Source: an uncultured Alphaproteobacteria bacterium
GTDB lineage: Bacteria; Pseudomonadota; Alphaproteobacteria; RF32; CAG-239
Reading direction: 5' to 3'
DNA length: 64,000 nucleotides
NCBI GenBank assembly: GCA_944392155.1
Contig: CALXVR010000002.1
Location: 23,748-87,747, forward strand
Part shown: positions 10,361-18,413 of the stretch, in pieces
How the letters are laid out: the number at the start of each line of letters is the position of its first letter
How positions within the stretch are numbered: the stretch's first letter is position 1
Made by a program: the position numbers and the translations under genes
The notes under the pieces: generated by a model
The model's input: the letters and a program-made list of their open reading frames with translations, nothing else
What the model was told of the DNA's origin: nothing
Database searches by the model: none

Positions 10361-11966
10361 CTGGTTGTTGTTTCCCTGTACGAGAACCTATTTCTGCAAT
10401 TTCTGCTGCAATTTTGGCAATGTCTTTGAGCATTGTCAAGGGCTCTTCGTCTAAGTGATTTTGTTCGAACTTTTCCATATAAACACGCAAGGTTGCGCCA
10501 CTGGTGCCTGTTCCGGACAAACGATAGACGATACGAGAACCATCAGCAAATTTTACAACCAAACCATTCTTGGTAGATGAGCCGTCTACCGGATCATTGT
10601 AGATGAACGGTGCTGCGTCGCTGACTTCATATTCGCCAAATTTTTTGCCGTTGAGCGAAGGTAATTTGGTTTCTAAATCTGCCATGAGTTTGTCGGCAAC
10701 GGCTTTGTCAATGCCTTCAAAGTCAAAGCGGATATAGTAGCTGCGACCATATTTTTTCCAATGTTCTTTTGTAATTTCTTCAACGGATTTTCCTGTGGCG
10801 GCAATAATGCTCAGCCAGAACAGAATCGCCCAGATGCCGTCTTTTTCACGAATGTGGCTGGAACCGGTACCGAAGCTTTCTTCGCCGCAGAAGGTGATGC
10901 GCTTGGAATCCATCAGGTTTACAAAATATTTCCAGCCGGTCGGAACTTCGTAACAGTCCATACCCAAAGCTTTTGCCGTGCGGCAAACCGCTGTCGAAGT
11001 GGCTGCGGATTTTGCAACACCGTAAATGCCGTTTTTGTAAGCAGGAATCAGTTTGTAATTGTCTGTTAAGATAGACAAGCTGTCTGACGGAGATACAAAA
11101 AACTTTTTACCCAAAATCATGTTACGGTCACCGTCGCCGTCGTTGGCACAGCCGAAGTCCGGAGCGTTGTCACCATACATAATGCCTATCAGCTCTTTGG
11201 CATAAACCATATTCGGGTCTGGATGCAAACCGCCAAAATCCGGTTTCGGCGTGGCATTGATAACAGATCCCGGAGCAGCCCCAAGAATCTCTTCAAAAAT
11301 GCGTTTGCCATAAGGTCCGGTAACGGCATTCATGGCATCGAATTTCATGGTAAAGCCGGATTTGAATAGTTTTTTCAAAGCTTCAAAGTCAAAAATACCT
11401 TCCAGCATTTCGACATAATCTTTAATTGGGTCTATGACTTCGATGGTCATATTTTCCAATTTTTGTGTGCCAATTTGGCTGATGTCAACATCCGGGGCAT
11501 CAAGAATCTGATATTCGCTGATGCTTTGAGAATTTTTATAGATAGCATCTGTAATGGAAGTCGGAACTTGTCCGCCTGTTTCGTCGGAATATTTGACACC
11601 GAAGTCGTTATCTATACCGCCGGGGTTGTGTGAAGCGGAAAAAATGAATGCTCCGTTGGTTTTGTTTTTAAGTAAAACATTTGAGCCGGCCGGAGTTGAC
11701 ATGTATCCGTTTTGACCGATAATGAGCTTTGCAACGCCGTTGGCAGCTGCCATCTTAATGAATTTTTGTATTGCAACGTCATTAAAATAACGACCATCAC
11801 CGCCAACTACGTAAGTTTTGCCTTTGACGCCGCCGATGGTGTTGAAAATAGTTTGAATAAAGTTTTCAAAATAGTTAGGCTGCATCATAACTTTGGTTTT
11901 TTTACGCAGACCGCCCGTACCCATTTTTTGGTCGGTATAAGGGGTAGTAGAAACTGTTTTTATCAT
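10347..11966 (-). CDS. pgm: Phosphoglucomutase (alpha-D-glucose phosphate-specific)
   Basis: 539 aa with the active-site loop SASHNPGG, the metal loop DGDGDRN and the GEESFG sugar-binding motif. Confidence 0.9.
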   Translation of the reverse strand: MIKTVSTTPYTDQKMGTGGLRKKTKVMMQPNYFENFIQTIFNTIGGVKGKTYVVGGDGRYFNDVAIQKFIKMAAANGVAKLIIGQNGYMSTPAGSNVLLKNKTNGAFIFSASHNPGGIDNDFGVKYSDETGGQVPTSITDAIYKNSQSISEYQILDAPDVDISQIGTQKLENMTIEVIDPIKDYVEMLEGIFDFEALKKLFKSGFTMKFDAMNAVTGPYGKRIFEEILGAAPGSVINATPKPDFGGLHPDPNMVYAKELIGIMYGDNAPDFGCANDGDGDRNMILGKKFFVSPSDSLSILTDNYKLIPAYKNGIYGVAKSAATSTAVCRTAKALGMDCYEVPTGWKYFVNLMDSKRITFCGEESFGTGSSHIREKDGIWAILFWLSIIAATGKSVEEITKEHWKKYGRSYYIRFDFEGIDKAVADKLMADLETKLPSLNGKKFGEYEVSDAAPFIYNDPVDGSSTKNGLVVKFADGSRIVYRLSGTGTSGATLRVYMEKFEQNHLDEEPLTMLKDIAKIAAEIAEIGSRTGKQQPDVIT

Positions 11967-12054
11967 TCTCTCTCCTTGTTGTGGGTTTAATTTTAATGCC
12001 CAGAGTTTAGCACTCTGAGCATTAAACTCAAGTCTAACACGAAGTTATCAGCCG

Positions 12055-12579
12055 TTATTTTGAGAAGAGAATTTCTCTTAGGTTTACAACAAGCTCCGAA
12101 AGATACGGAAGATCGGAATTTTGGTCGGCAAAATTTTGCAAAAGCTCAAGGCGCTTGCTAAGATATGGATTATCATTGTCCGTACCGGTCGGTAATCCCA
12201 GTAAGCGCAAGGCTTCGGTTCTTGAGTAGGGGCGGTTGAGCAAAGAATCGTTTTTTTGTTGTTTTTTCAGTCTGTTTTGTAAGTCGCGCAGGAAAAAACC
12301 TTTATGAGGGTTGGCAAGACATTTGTATAGTAGCTTGTAATAGCATAATAAACAAAAAATAAAGATTATGGCGGCCAGTGGTAAAATTTTATATTGTGCC
12401 GGTGATGTCAGGGCGGCAAATCCCATATAGAATGCGAATCCCCACAAAATATTATAGTTTAGCTGTGAGGGTATAAAAAAGTTGCGTTGTCGGATTTTGT
12501 TCGGAGTAAAGCGATTAAAAAAGCTGTTGAGAATGTAGCCGCAAGCTGCCACAAACATCAATAGGCTTAATTCCTTCAT
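12055..12579 (-). CDS. Hypothetical membrane protein
   Basis: 174-aa ORF with 3-4 TM helices and a basic linker. The C-terminal helical region is weakly J-domain-like but lacks HPD. Confidence 0.5.
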   Translation of the reverse strand: MKELSLLMFVAACGYILNSFFNRFTPNKIRQRNFFIPSQLNYNILWGFAFYMGFAALTSPAQYKILPLAAIIFIFCLLCYYKLLYKCLANPHKGFFLRDLQNRLKKQQKNDSLLNRPYSRTEALRLLGLPTGTDNDNPYLSKRLELLQNFADQNSDLPYLSELVVNLREILFSK

Positions 12580-12588
12580 TTTATTCTC

Positions 12589-13395
12589 CTATTCGGGACA
12601 GATGAACTCCGCCAGAGCACGAATTTCTCTTTTGGCTGCAATATGCGAAACACTCATTTTTAGGCGAAGATCCGGATGTTGCATGTCAAGTACGGTAAGG
12701 CCTTCCAAGAACAGTTCGCGATAAATAACTCTGTCTTTGATGGTTTCGGCCAGACGAAAGCCATAAAGCTTGGACATTTTTTCCAGATATTGAAATACGA
12801 CTTGTTTGTTTTTGGAGTTGTATGATGACAGCTTATTGCCGACAACAATCCAATTTAAGTAAGGTTTTCCCAGAGAAGCCAAATATTTTTTTACTTCCCA
12901 GATGTAGTTGGCATAATGTCCGGGTTGACCTATTTTTTCATTTTCGAAGTCGATGTCTGCCAAAACATTTAAATCAACCAAGCTATCAGATATCGGTGTG
13001 ATTAGTGTGTCTGCAAAACGGTGTGCTTCTTCAAAAAGATAGTTTTTTGTTCCGGGCGTGTCAATAATGATAGCGTCGTAATTATTTTGTAGTTTTGAAA
13101 TTTGGGTGCGGATATTAGCTCTGTCTGCCGGAATCAGACTATAATCTTCTTGAGGAGAAAACCTGTAATGGATCGGAATCGGCAGCGATATTTTATGATG
13201 AGCACAAAAGTTTTCTCTATTTTCAAGATATTTGGACAGAGTTCCTTGGCGTCCATCCATGTCTATAGTGGCGACAGAAAATCCTTCTTGTAATAGTTTG
13301 ATGGCTAAATGCATGGAAATAGTTGATTTTCCCGTGCCGCCTTTTTCGTTACTAATGACGATGATATGTGCTTTTTTTTCAATAGGGTCGTTCAT
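12589..13395 (-). CDS. mipZ: ParA/MinD-type ATPase, division-plane positioning protein MipZ
   Basis: 268 aa with the deviant Walker A NEKGGTGKST. It is collinear with my recollection of Caulobacter MipZ, including IIDTPG, DRVIYRELF and HIAAKREIRAL. Confidence 0.75.
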   Translation of the reverse strand: MNDPIEKKAHIIVISNEKGGTGKSTISMHLAIKLLQEGFSVATIDMDGRQGTLSKYLENRENFCAHHKISLPIPIHYRFSPQEDYSLIPADRANIRTQISKLQNNYDAIIIDTPGTKNYLFEEAHRFADTLITPISDSLVDLNVLADIDFENEKIGQPGHYANYIWEVKKYLASLGKPYLNWIVVGNKLSSYNSKNKQVVFQYLEKMSKLYGFRLAETIKDRVIYRELFLEGLTVLDMQHPDLRLKMSVSHIAAKREIRALAEFICPE

Positions 13396-13401
13396 GGGTT
13401 G

Positions 13402-14619
13402 TTACTGTTGTTGGTATTGGTTTTGAGCTAAAATAAGTTGTTCGTTATCTTTTTGTGCTACAACTATACAAGACTTGTTTGATTTTTTCAAACTCTTGCA
13501 TGCGGCATCTGCTTCTCTTTTTTCAAAACCGATGATTTTTGAGCGATAGATAATGGCCGCCCCTGTGGAAATTGGTTCAATATGTATTTCTTTATTGGCA
13601 AGAGTGCGAGATTTTTGTTTAACTTCCAAAGCATAGTTGCGTGCTTTTGCGTAGTTTGAAAAAGCGCCAATTTGAATATCCCAGTTCTGCTCTTGGGGAA
13701 TTGTCGGCATGGTCGAAGCCACTTGCGTTTTTCCCTCTGTTTCAAGCTTTTTTTCTTCCAGGTTGGCATACATGTTAGCAGAATTTACCTTATCATTTAA
13801 GGCTAATTTGCTTAAACCTTTGTTCATCATCTGAACAACTTTTTTATCGCGCTCTTTGGCTGTGTTATGCCCCATGGTTACGGCAATGACGCGATGTCCG
13901 TCTCTTTCCGCAGAAGTGATGATGTTGAAGCCGGCGGCATTGGTAAATCCGGTTTTTAAGCCATCAGCTCCTTCAAATTTCTTGAGTACATGATTGTGTG
14001 TATAAATTGTTTTGCCTTGATAGGTGAATTTGGTTTCGGAAAACCATTTGTAATATTGTGGAAAATGGTGATACATGGCGGCAGCTAATAAAGCCATATC
14101 TCTAGCTGTGGTTTTTTGTTGGCGATTGGGCAGACCGGAAGCGTTTTTGAAAGTGGTGTTTTTCATGCCCAGTTCTTTGGAAACGCGAGTCATGGTTTTG
14201 GCAAAATTTTCTTCACTGTAACCCAGACCTTCAGCTAAAACCGTGGCGCAATCATTTGCGGATTTAACAATGAGCGCCATGATGCAAGTTTTCACATCAA
14301 TTGTTGAGCCTGCTTTTAATCCAAGTTTTGAAGGAGAACGGTTGGCTGCCGTACGAGAAACGGGAAGTTCATCGTCCAGCTTAATAATGCCTTTTTCCAA
14401 AGCATCAAAAGCTATGTAGAGAGTCATAACTTTTGTTAAAGAAGCCGGGTATCTTAAGGTATCAGCCCCTGATGAAGATAAAACTTCACCTGTTTGAGCA
14501 TCAATCGTGATTGATGATACAGACGCATTTGCTTCGGTTGCAAAATAAAAAGCTAATCCGAAAATTAAAAATGAGCATCCGAATATGCGTGCCAAATGTC
14601 TGTTAAGACTTCTTTTCAT
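13402..14619 (-). CDS. D-alanyl-D-alanine carboxypeptidase (PBP5/6, S11 family) with C-terminal SPOR-like domain
   Basis: 405 aa with a signal peptide and the motifs SxxK (ASLTKVMT), SxN (SANDCA) and KTG (LKTGFT). The C-terminal ~80 aa (WDIQIGAFSNYAKARNYA...) look like a SPOR domain. Confidence 0.85.
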   Translation of the reverse strand: MKRSLNRHLARIFGCSFLIFGLAFYFATEANASVSSITIDAQTGEVLSSSGADTLRYPASLTKVMTLYIAFDALEKGIIKLDDELPVSRTAANRSPSKLGLKAGSTIDVKTCIMALIVKSANDCATVLAEGLGYSEENFAKTMTRVSKELGMKNTTFKNASGLPNRQQKTTARDMALLAAAMYHHFPQYYKWFSETKFTYQGKTIYTHNHVLKKFEGADGLKTGFTNAAGFNIITSAERDGHRVIAVTMGHNTAKERDKKVVQMMNKGLSKLALNDKVNSANMYANLEEKKLETEGKTQVASTMPTIPQEQNWDIQIGAFSNYAKARNYALEVKQKSRTLANKEIHIEPISTGAAIIYRSKIIGFEKREADAACKSLKKSNKSCIVVAQKDNEQLILAQNQYQQQ

Positions 14620-14740
14620 TGCTTCTTTTATCTCTTATTCTGGAGTTGTTTAAACTCAGGTTAGCGCTAAAAAGAAAATAAATTGTTAATTTTTTATCGG
14701 TGTTTTTTAAGAATATAAAAAATTTTTTATGCTTTTTGTC

Positions 14741-14769
14741 TTGACTTTCATTAAGATTGTTTGTAAAAA
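14741..14769 (+). promoter_or_regulatory. Putative sigma-70 promoter of tRNA-His
   Basis: TTGACT (14741-14746), a 17-nt spacer, then TAAAAA (14764-14769), about 15 nt upstream of the tRNA. Confidence 0.35.
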
Positions 14770-14783
14770 CTCATAAGTCTGAT

Positions 14784-14860
14784 GGCGAACTTAGCTCAGT
14801 TGGTAGAGCCCCGGTTTGTGGTACCGGTTGTCGTGGGTTCGAGTCCCATAGTTCGCCCCA
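14784..14860 (+). tRNA. tRNA-His (GTG)
   Basis: A cloverleaf was folded by hand. G-1 pairs with C73. Acceptor is GCGAACT/AGTTCGC, D-arm GCTC-AGTTGGTA-GAGC, anticodon arm CCGGT-TTGTGGT-ACCGG and T-arm GTGGG-TTCGAGT-CCCAT. CCA is encoded. Confidence 0.92.
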
Positions 14861-14931
14861 GTTAAAAAAGCACTCTGTTTTCAGAGTGCTTTTTTTTGTT
14901 TTTAGAACATTTTCCCAGAGTGTGTTTTTTT
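14859..14931. repeat. Left copy of ~70-bp direct repeat (tRNA-His CCA end + terminator + ~35 nt)
   Basis: It matches 18013-18082 in direct orientation. The differences are an inverted 4-nt hairpin loop, two T-run lengths and about four substitutions. Confidence 0.85.
14864..14897 (+). terminator. Rho-independent terminator of tRNA-His
   Basis: AAAAAAGCACTCTG-TTTT-CAGAGTGC followed by T8. Confidence 0.8.
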
Positions 14932-14950
14932 ATATTACATTAATATCCCT

Positions 14951-15373
14951 TTAAATCTGAACACTAACAGGGAGGTTAGAGTAAGTTATGTCTGATTTTT
15001 TAAAGTTTGCCCGACATAGTGCTTCTTCTATGCATTTATTAATATAGTTTTGTTCGTATCCTTCCAAAGAAACGTGGTATATAATTTTATGAATTCGTTC
15101 ATTGGCAGCCTGTTCGGCGGTTTCAATAGATTCAACAATTGCATTAGTGAAGGAATACATATCTACAATTTTTCCTTCGGAAACGCCTTCTAATTTAATG
15201 GTCTTGCCAAAAGCAATGCCTTTTAATTCTCCTTTTTTGTATTCTTGTGCTATGCAAGTTCGCACTTCTGAAAACGATTGTTTTGATATTCCGTGTATTC
15301 TATTGTTTATATATCTGATTCCTGAAGATATATTTATGACAGCAAAATTAGAGGGTATATTTAATTCATTCAT
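14951..15373 (-). CDS. Hypothetical protein resembling the N-terminal subdomain of FtsA/PilM-type actin-like ATPases
   Basis: 140 aa. GVSEGKIVDMYSFTNAIVESIETAEQAANERIHKIIYHVSLEG parallels FtsA G-x-KG-V-x-D...AI..AE......I..V. The phosphate-1 DxGT motif is replaced by NISSG. Confidence 0.4.
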   Translation of the reverse strand: MNELNIPSNFAVINISSGIRYINNRIHGISKQSFSEVRTCIAQEYKKGELKGIAFGKTIKLEGVSEGKIVDMYSFTNAIVESIETAEQAANERIHKIIYHVSLEGYEQNYINKCIEEALCRANFKKSDITYSNLPVSVQI

Positions 15374-15479
15374 ACTAGTTATTCCTTATATTAGTCGTTT
15401 GGTTTTATGAATTTAATGTTATCTCCTGATGTATAAAAATGCTAAATTTTTTTCTCCGTAACAACAAGTATATGCCGCC

Positions 15480-15500
15480 ATACGACAATATATGTCGTAT
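15480..15500. promoter_or_regulatory. Palindromic operator candidate ATACGACA-ATATA-TGTCGTAT
   Basis: A perfect 8-bp inverted repeat with a 5-nt AT spacer lies in the divergent intergenic region between the 140-aa and 301-aa ORFs. A TATGAT -10-like box is at 15515-15520. The core recurs at 17338-17352. Confidence 0.45.
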
Positions 15501-15586
15501 CTAAGAACTATTTTTATGATTGAAATTTATTTATTGCTAATTAGCATAGACCAGTATGATGGACTATTTTTGAGAAGGGAATAGAA

Positions 15587-16492
15587 TTGGAAAAGTTGAA
15601 TAAGTTTTTTGTGGAGAAACTGAATGCTTTTTATGATGAGGAATTTCAAGCAGATCTTCAAAGAGATATTGATAAAGAGGATGAAAATCTGAAATGGTTG
15701 CAAGATAATCTTGGAAGACTTCTTAACGAAGCTAATGAAAAGTTGATGTCCGAATTTAAAGAAAGCTATAATAAAGTTAAGTTCAAATTTGAAGGCTTGG
15801 TTAATCCAATAGAAGATACTACTGATATATTTGTGGCACATTCGGATACTTCTCGTGAAATAAGACACACAGGAACATTAGCCTATTTCTTAAAAAATAA
15901 AGAAATTTTGAAAGCTTTTTTGCATAAATTTAATAAATATGATTTTGATAATTATATTGAAAAAGGACTGTTTAAGGTAACTTCGGAATATTGCTTACAT
16001 AATAAGAAATATAACAAAGAATGCCGTTTTGATATCATCATATTTTTTGGAAGTGATAAAAATGTAAATACCTATAACAGTTCAGTCATTATTGAAGCTA
16101 AAGTTTATTCTAAAGAAAATGTCTATAAAATAAATCAAATGGAGGTAACGCAAAAGGAGCTTTATCAACAAACGATTGCAGAAAATCCAAATCTTTTTGG
16201 AAAGAATACTTGTCTATATCTTACATTAGAAAATGAAGATGATGTGACGAATAATTTTGAGAATATTATTTGGCTAGATATTCTTGCGGCTTTGCAAAAG
16301 TATATTTTACGGATAAATCAGGGTAATAAAAAATCAGCTTATTTGAGCTTTTTGCAGTTGTGGATTGGGAGCTTTCTGGGTGCAGTTTATAAATGTCCGA
16401 AGGAAAAGGACTTTACAGATAAAAAATCGTTGAAAAATAAAGATAAACTTATTGATTTTATAAACCAGTTAATAGATAGCGGAGAAGATTAA
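15587..16492 (+). CDS. PD-(D/E)xK superfamily nuclease (PDDEXK_4-like layout)
   Basis: 301 aa with a TTG start 6 nt after AGGGA. The motifs are SREIRHTGTLAYFL (E91/H94), CRFDIIIFF (D149) and VIIEAKVYS (E170-x-K172), followed by QKELYQQ. This order is typical of that nuclease family. Confidence 0.65.
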   Translation: MEKLNKFFVEKLNAFYDEEFQADLQRDIDKEDENLKWLQDNLGRLLNEANEKLMSEFKESYNKVKFKFEGLVNPIEDTTDIFVAHSDTSREIRHTGTLAYFLKNKEILKAFLHKFNKYDFDNYIEKGLFKVTSEYCLHNKKYNKECRFDIIIFFGSDKNVNTYNSSVIIEAKVYSKENVYKINQMEVTQKELYQQTIAENPNLFGKNTCLYLTLENEDDVTNNFENIIWLDILAALQKYILRINQGNKKSAYLSFLQLWIGSFLGAVYKCPKEKDFTDKKSLKNKDKLIDFINQLIDSGED

Positions 16493-17226
16493 TGACAGAT
16501 AAGATAAGCCGTACACAGTGGTTTTATTTGCAAAACAAAGAAAATATGGATTCATTGCTTGAATTATTAGATAGCGAAGAAGAAACAGTTTTGAGTGCTG
16601 AAGATGATAAAAAAGGAAATAAACTTCTGAATAATGAAGGTTGTAAAAAAATAAAAGAGATAAAAAATAAGCTTCTGAATGATAACAAAATTTTGTTTGA
16701 TGTAATATCAAAGATTGTTACTGCAGAAAAGAATCGTTTTGAGATGGTTACGCGTAAGAAAATGTTATCATATACAAATATGAATAAATTTTCTGGTCGG
16801 CTATTTGAGTATTGGGAAAATAATATACAACTCAAGTTGGAATTTGATTTAGGCGAAATAGGGGATGGTTTTGGCTATGCCCCTGCTTTATTGATAAATT
16901 TTATGATATGGACTAAGGATGAAGAGTTTCTGCAAAATTTAAATGAGCGTTTGAGTATGATTTATCAAGGTGAAAACTTTGAAAATAGTATGGTATATAA
17001 TAGAGAGCGGCATAATAAAGCGGTTGATGAATATTTTCAAAATAAATCATTTGAAGAGGAAGAAGAGTATTTTGGTGATGATAATCTCTTGTATGCAGAG
17101 TTTGAATTAAAGGAAGGTTTGCCTTATGAAGATATTGAGGAATTTGTTTGTAAATTTATGGACAAATATATTAATGCCTATTGGATACAGATACGGGATA
17201 TTCTGAAATCTGCTAAAATCTGCTAA
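16492..17226 (+). CDS. Hypothetical acidic protein, translationally coupled to the nuclease ORF
   Basis: 244 aa. Its ATG overlaps the upstream TAA (TAATG). It has an E/D-rich C-terminal half and no recognisable motif. Confidence 0.55.
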   Translation: MTDKISRTQWFYLQNKENMDSLLELLDSEEETVLSAEDDKKGNKLLNNEGCKKIKEIKNKLLNDNKILFDVISKIVTAEKNRFEMVTRKKMLSYTNMNKFSGRLFEYWENNIQLKLEFDLGEIGDGFGYAPALLINFMIWTKDEEFLQNLNERLSMIYQGENFENSMVYNRERHNKAVDEYFQNKSFEEEEEYFGDDNLLYAEFELKEGLPYEDIEEFVCKFMDKYINAYWIQIRDILKSAKIC

Positions 17227-17337
17227 TTTATTGCGAATAAAATAACGCGCTAAAATGTTCCCTTATAAATATTAACATCTCGTTGTATAACGTGGGAGGT
17301 TTTTGTTTAAATTTTATCCTCAATCACAAAATATTTG

Positions 17338-17352
17338 CGACATTATTTGTCG
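17338..17352. promoter_or_regulatory. Second copy of the CGACA-N5-TGTCG palindrome
   Basis: CGACA-TTATT-TGTCG lies upstream of the 178-aa ORF, with a TATGAT box at 17364-17369. Confidence 0.4.
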
Positions 17353-17392
17353 TGTTTTTAAGTTATGATTAGAAAAATATGGAATATTAAAT

Positions 17393-17929
17393 ATGTTGGA
17401 TGAACTTACAAATCGGATAAGGGCATTATATTTAAAGTTGGAAATTGCTAAAAATGAAAAACTTAATATTGAACTAAAACTAAGCGAGCTTGAAAGAAAT
17501 ATAGAAGCTCAAGAATTGGAAATTAAAAGGCTTGAAGCTGATAGAGATTTTTATACTTTAGTCTGTATGTACGAACAGTATAAAAATTATGATTTTCCAA
17601 AAGAAATAAAGGAGATTGTCATCGTAGATGGGGTACGGTTTTATGTTTCTTTAGGTTGTTGTTCAGGTTTTAAGATTTCAGAATTTACCTTTGGTGAGTT
17701 GTTAGAGTTATGGAACGGAATTTTGAATTATAATGGGAATCCGATTGTTTATTTGCAATATCGCAATGGTGGCGGTTGCATTAAGTATTGGGATTTGGCC
17801 TCTAGCACCATTAAATCGGTAAATAAGTTGTTTAAGTTAGACTATGTTAAGTATAAGAATTTTATTAGAAACAAAAATATTGGGGAAATTAAGGATATAA
17901 CTAATTTTATTCAAAAGAATATATTATAA
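17393..17929 (+). CDS. Hypothetical protein with N-terminal coiled coil
   Basis: 178 aa. The N-terminal ~55 aa are heptad-like (LKLEIAKNEKLNIELKLSELERNIEAQELEIKRLEA). The C-terminal globular part contains CCSG and GGGC. Confidence 0.5.
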   Translation: MLDELTNRIRALYLKLEIAKNEKLNIELKLSELERNIEAQELEIKRLEADRDFYTLVCMYEQYKNYDFPKEIKEIVIVDGVRFYVSLGCCSGFKISEFTFGELLELWNGILNYNGNPIVYLQYRNGGGCIKYWDLASSTIKSVNKLFKLDYVKYKNFIRNKNIGEIKDITNFIQKNIL

Positions 17930-18012
17930 TTCTAGTAGATGTTTTAATGTTTGTTGTTGCAAAAAGTGAAACTGATAGATGTGTGCTAAAAATTTAGACA
18001 TTGCCGCCGTTT

Positions 18013-18082
18013 CAGTTAAAAAAGCACTCTGAAAACAGAGTGCTTTTTTGTTTTTAGAATGTTTTTCCGGAGTGTGTTTTTT
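18013..18082. repeat. Right copy of the ~70-bp direct repeat (includes a terminator hairpin at 18018-18049)
   Basis: CAGTTAAAAAAGCACTCTG-AAAA-CAGAGTGC-T6-GTTTTTAGAATGTTTTTCCGGAGTGTG-T6, to be compared with 14859-14931. Confidence 0.85.
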
Positions 18083-18183
18083 GTGTGCGAACTCACTTTT
18101 GCATTGTTGACAATATAAAATACATGTGCTAGCATAAACATATAAACAATTAAATGAGTGTTTGAATGTTTTGCGAGGCGACA

Positions 18184-18402
18184 ATGAAAAAGACTTTTAT
18201 TTTACAAGATTTGGACTGTGCCAACTGTGCGGCTAAAATTGAAAATGCCGTTCAGCAGATTGAAGGGGTTGTTTCGGCAACGGTTTCTTTTATGACCGGA
18301 AAGTTGGTTTTGGAAGCCGAAGAAGCTCGTTTTGAAGAGATTTTGGACAAGGCGGAAAAGCTTATTGCCAAAGTTGATGATGATGTAACACTTATAAGAT
18401 AG
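18184..18402 (+). CDS. Heavy-metal-associated (HMA) domain protein
   Basis: 72 aa from the ATG at 18184 (GAGG 6 nt upstream). The metal motif is LDCANCAAKIE. It lies directly upstream of the P-type ATPase gene. Confidence 0.75.
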   Translation: MKKTFILQDLDCANCAAKIENAVQQIEGVVSATVSFMTGKLVLEAEEARFEEILDKAEKLIAKVDDDVTLIR

Positions 18403-18413
18403 GGCTTATTTAG

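Larger units (their letters stand above)
14932..18012. mobile_element. Putative integrated islet (no integrase or transposase) between the direct repeats
   Basis: The segment is bracketed by the repeats, visibly more AT-rich than the flanks and adjacent to a tRNA. It carries four orphan ORFs. Confidence 0.5.

Noticed and set aside
11995-12023. Hairpin AATGCCCAGAGT-TTAGC-ACTCTGAGCATT, whose CAGAGT/ACTCTG stem resembles the tRNA-His terminator repeat.
   Set aside because: Only a 6-nt stem core is shared and the flanks do not match. There is no adjacent T-run, so it is probably an unrelated weak intergenic hairpin.
15527-16835. Minus-strand ORFs (113, 80 and 103 aa) inside the islet.
   Set aside because: They are low-complexity, F/I/L/K-rich translations of AT-rich antisense sequence. 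They overlap the better-supported plus-strand ORFs.
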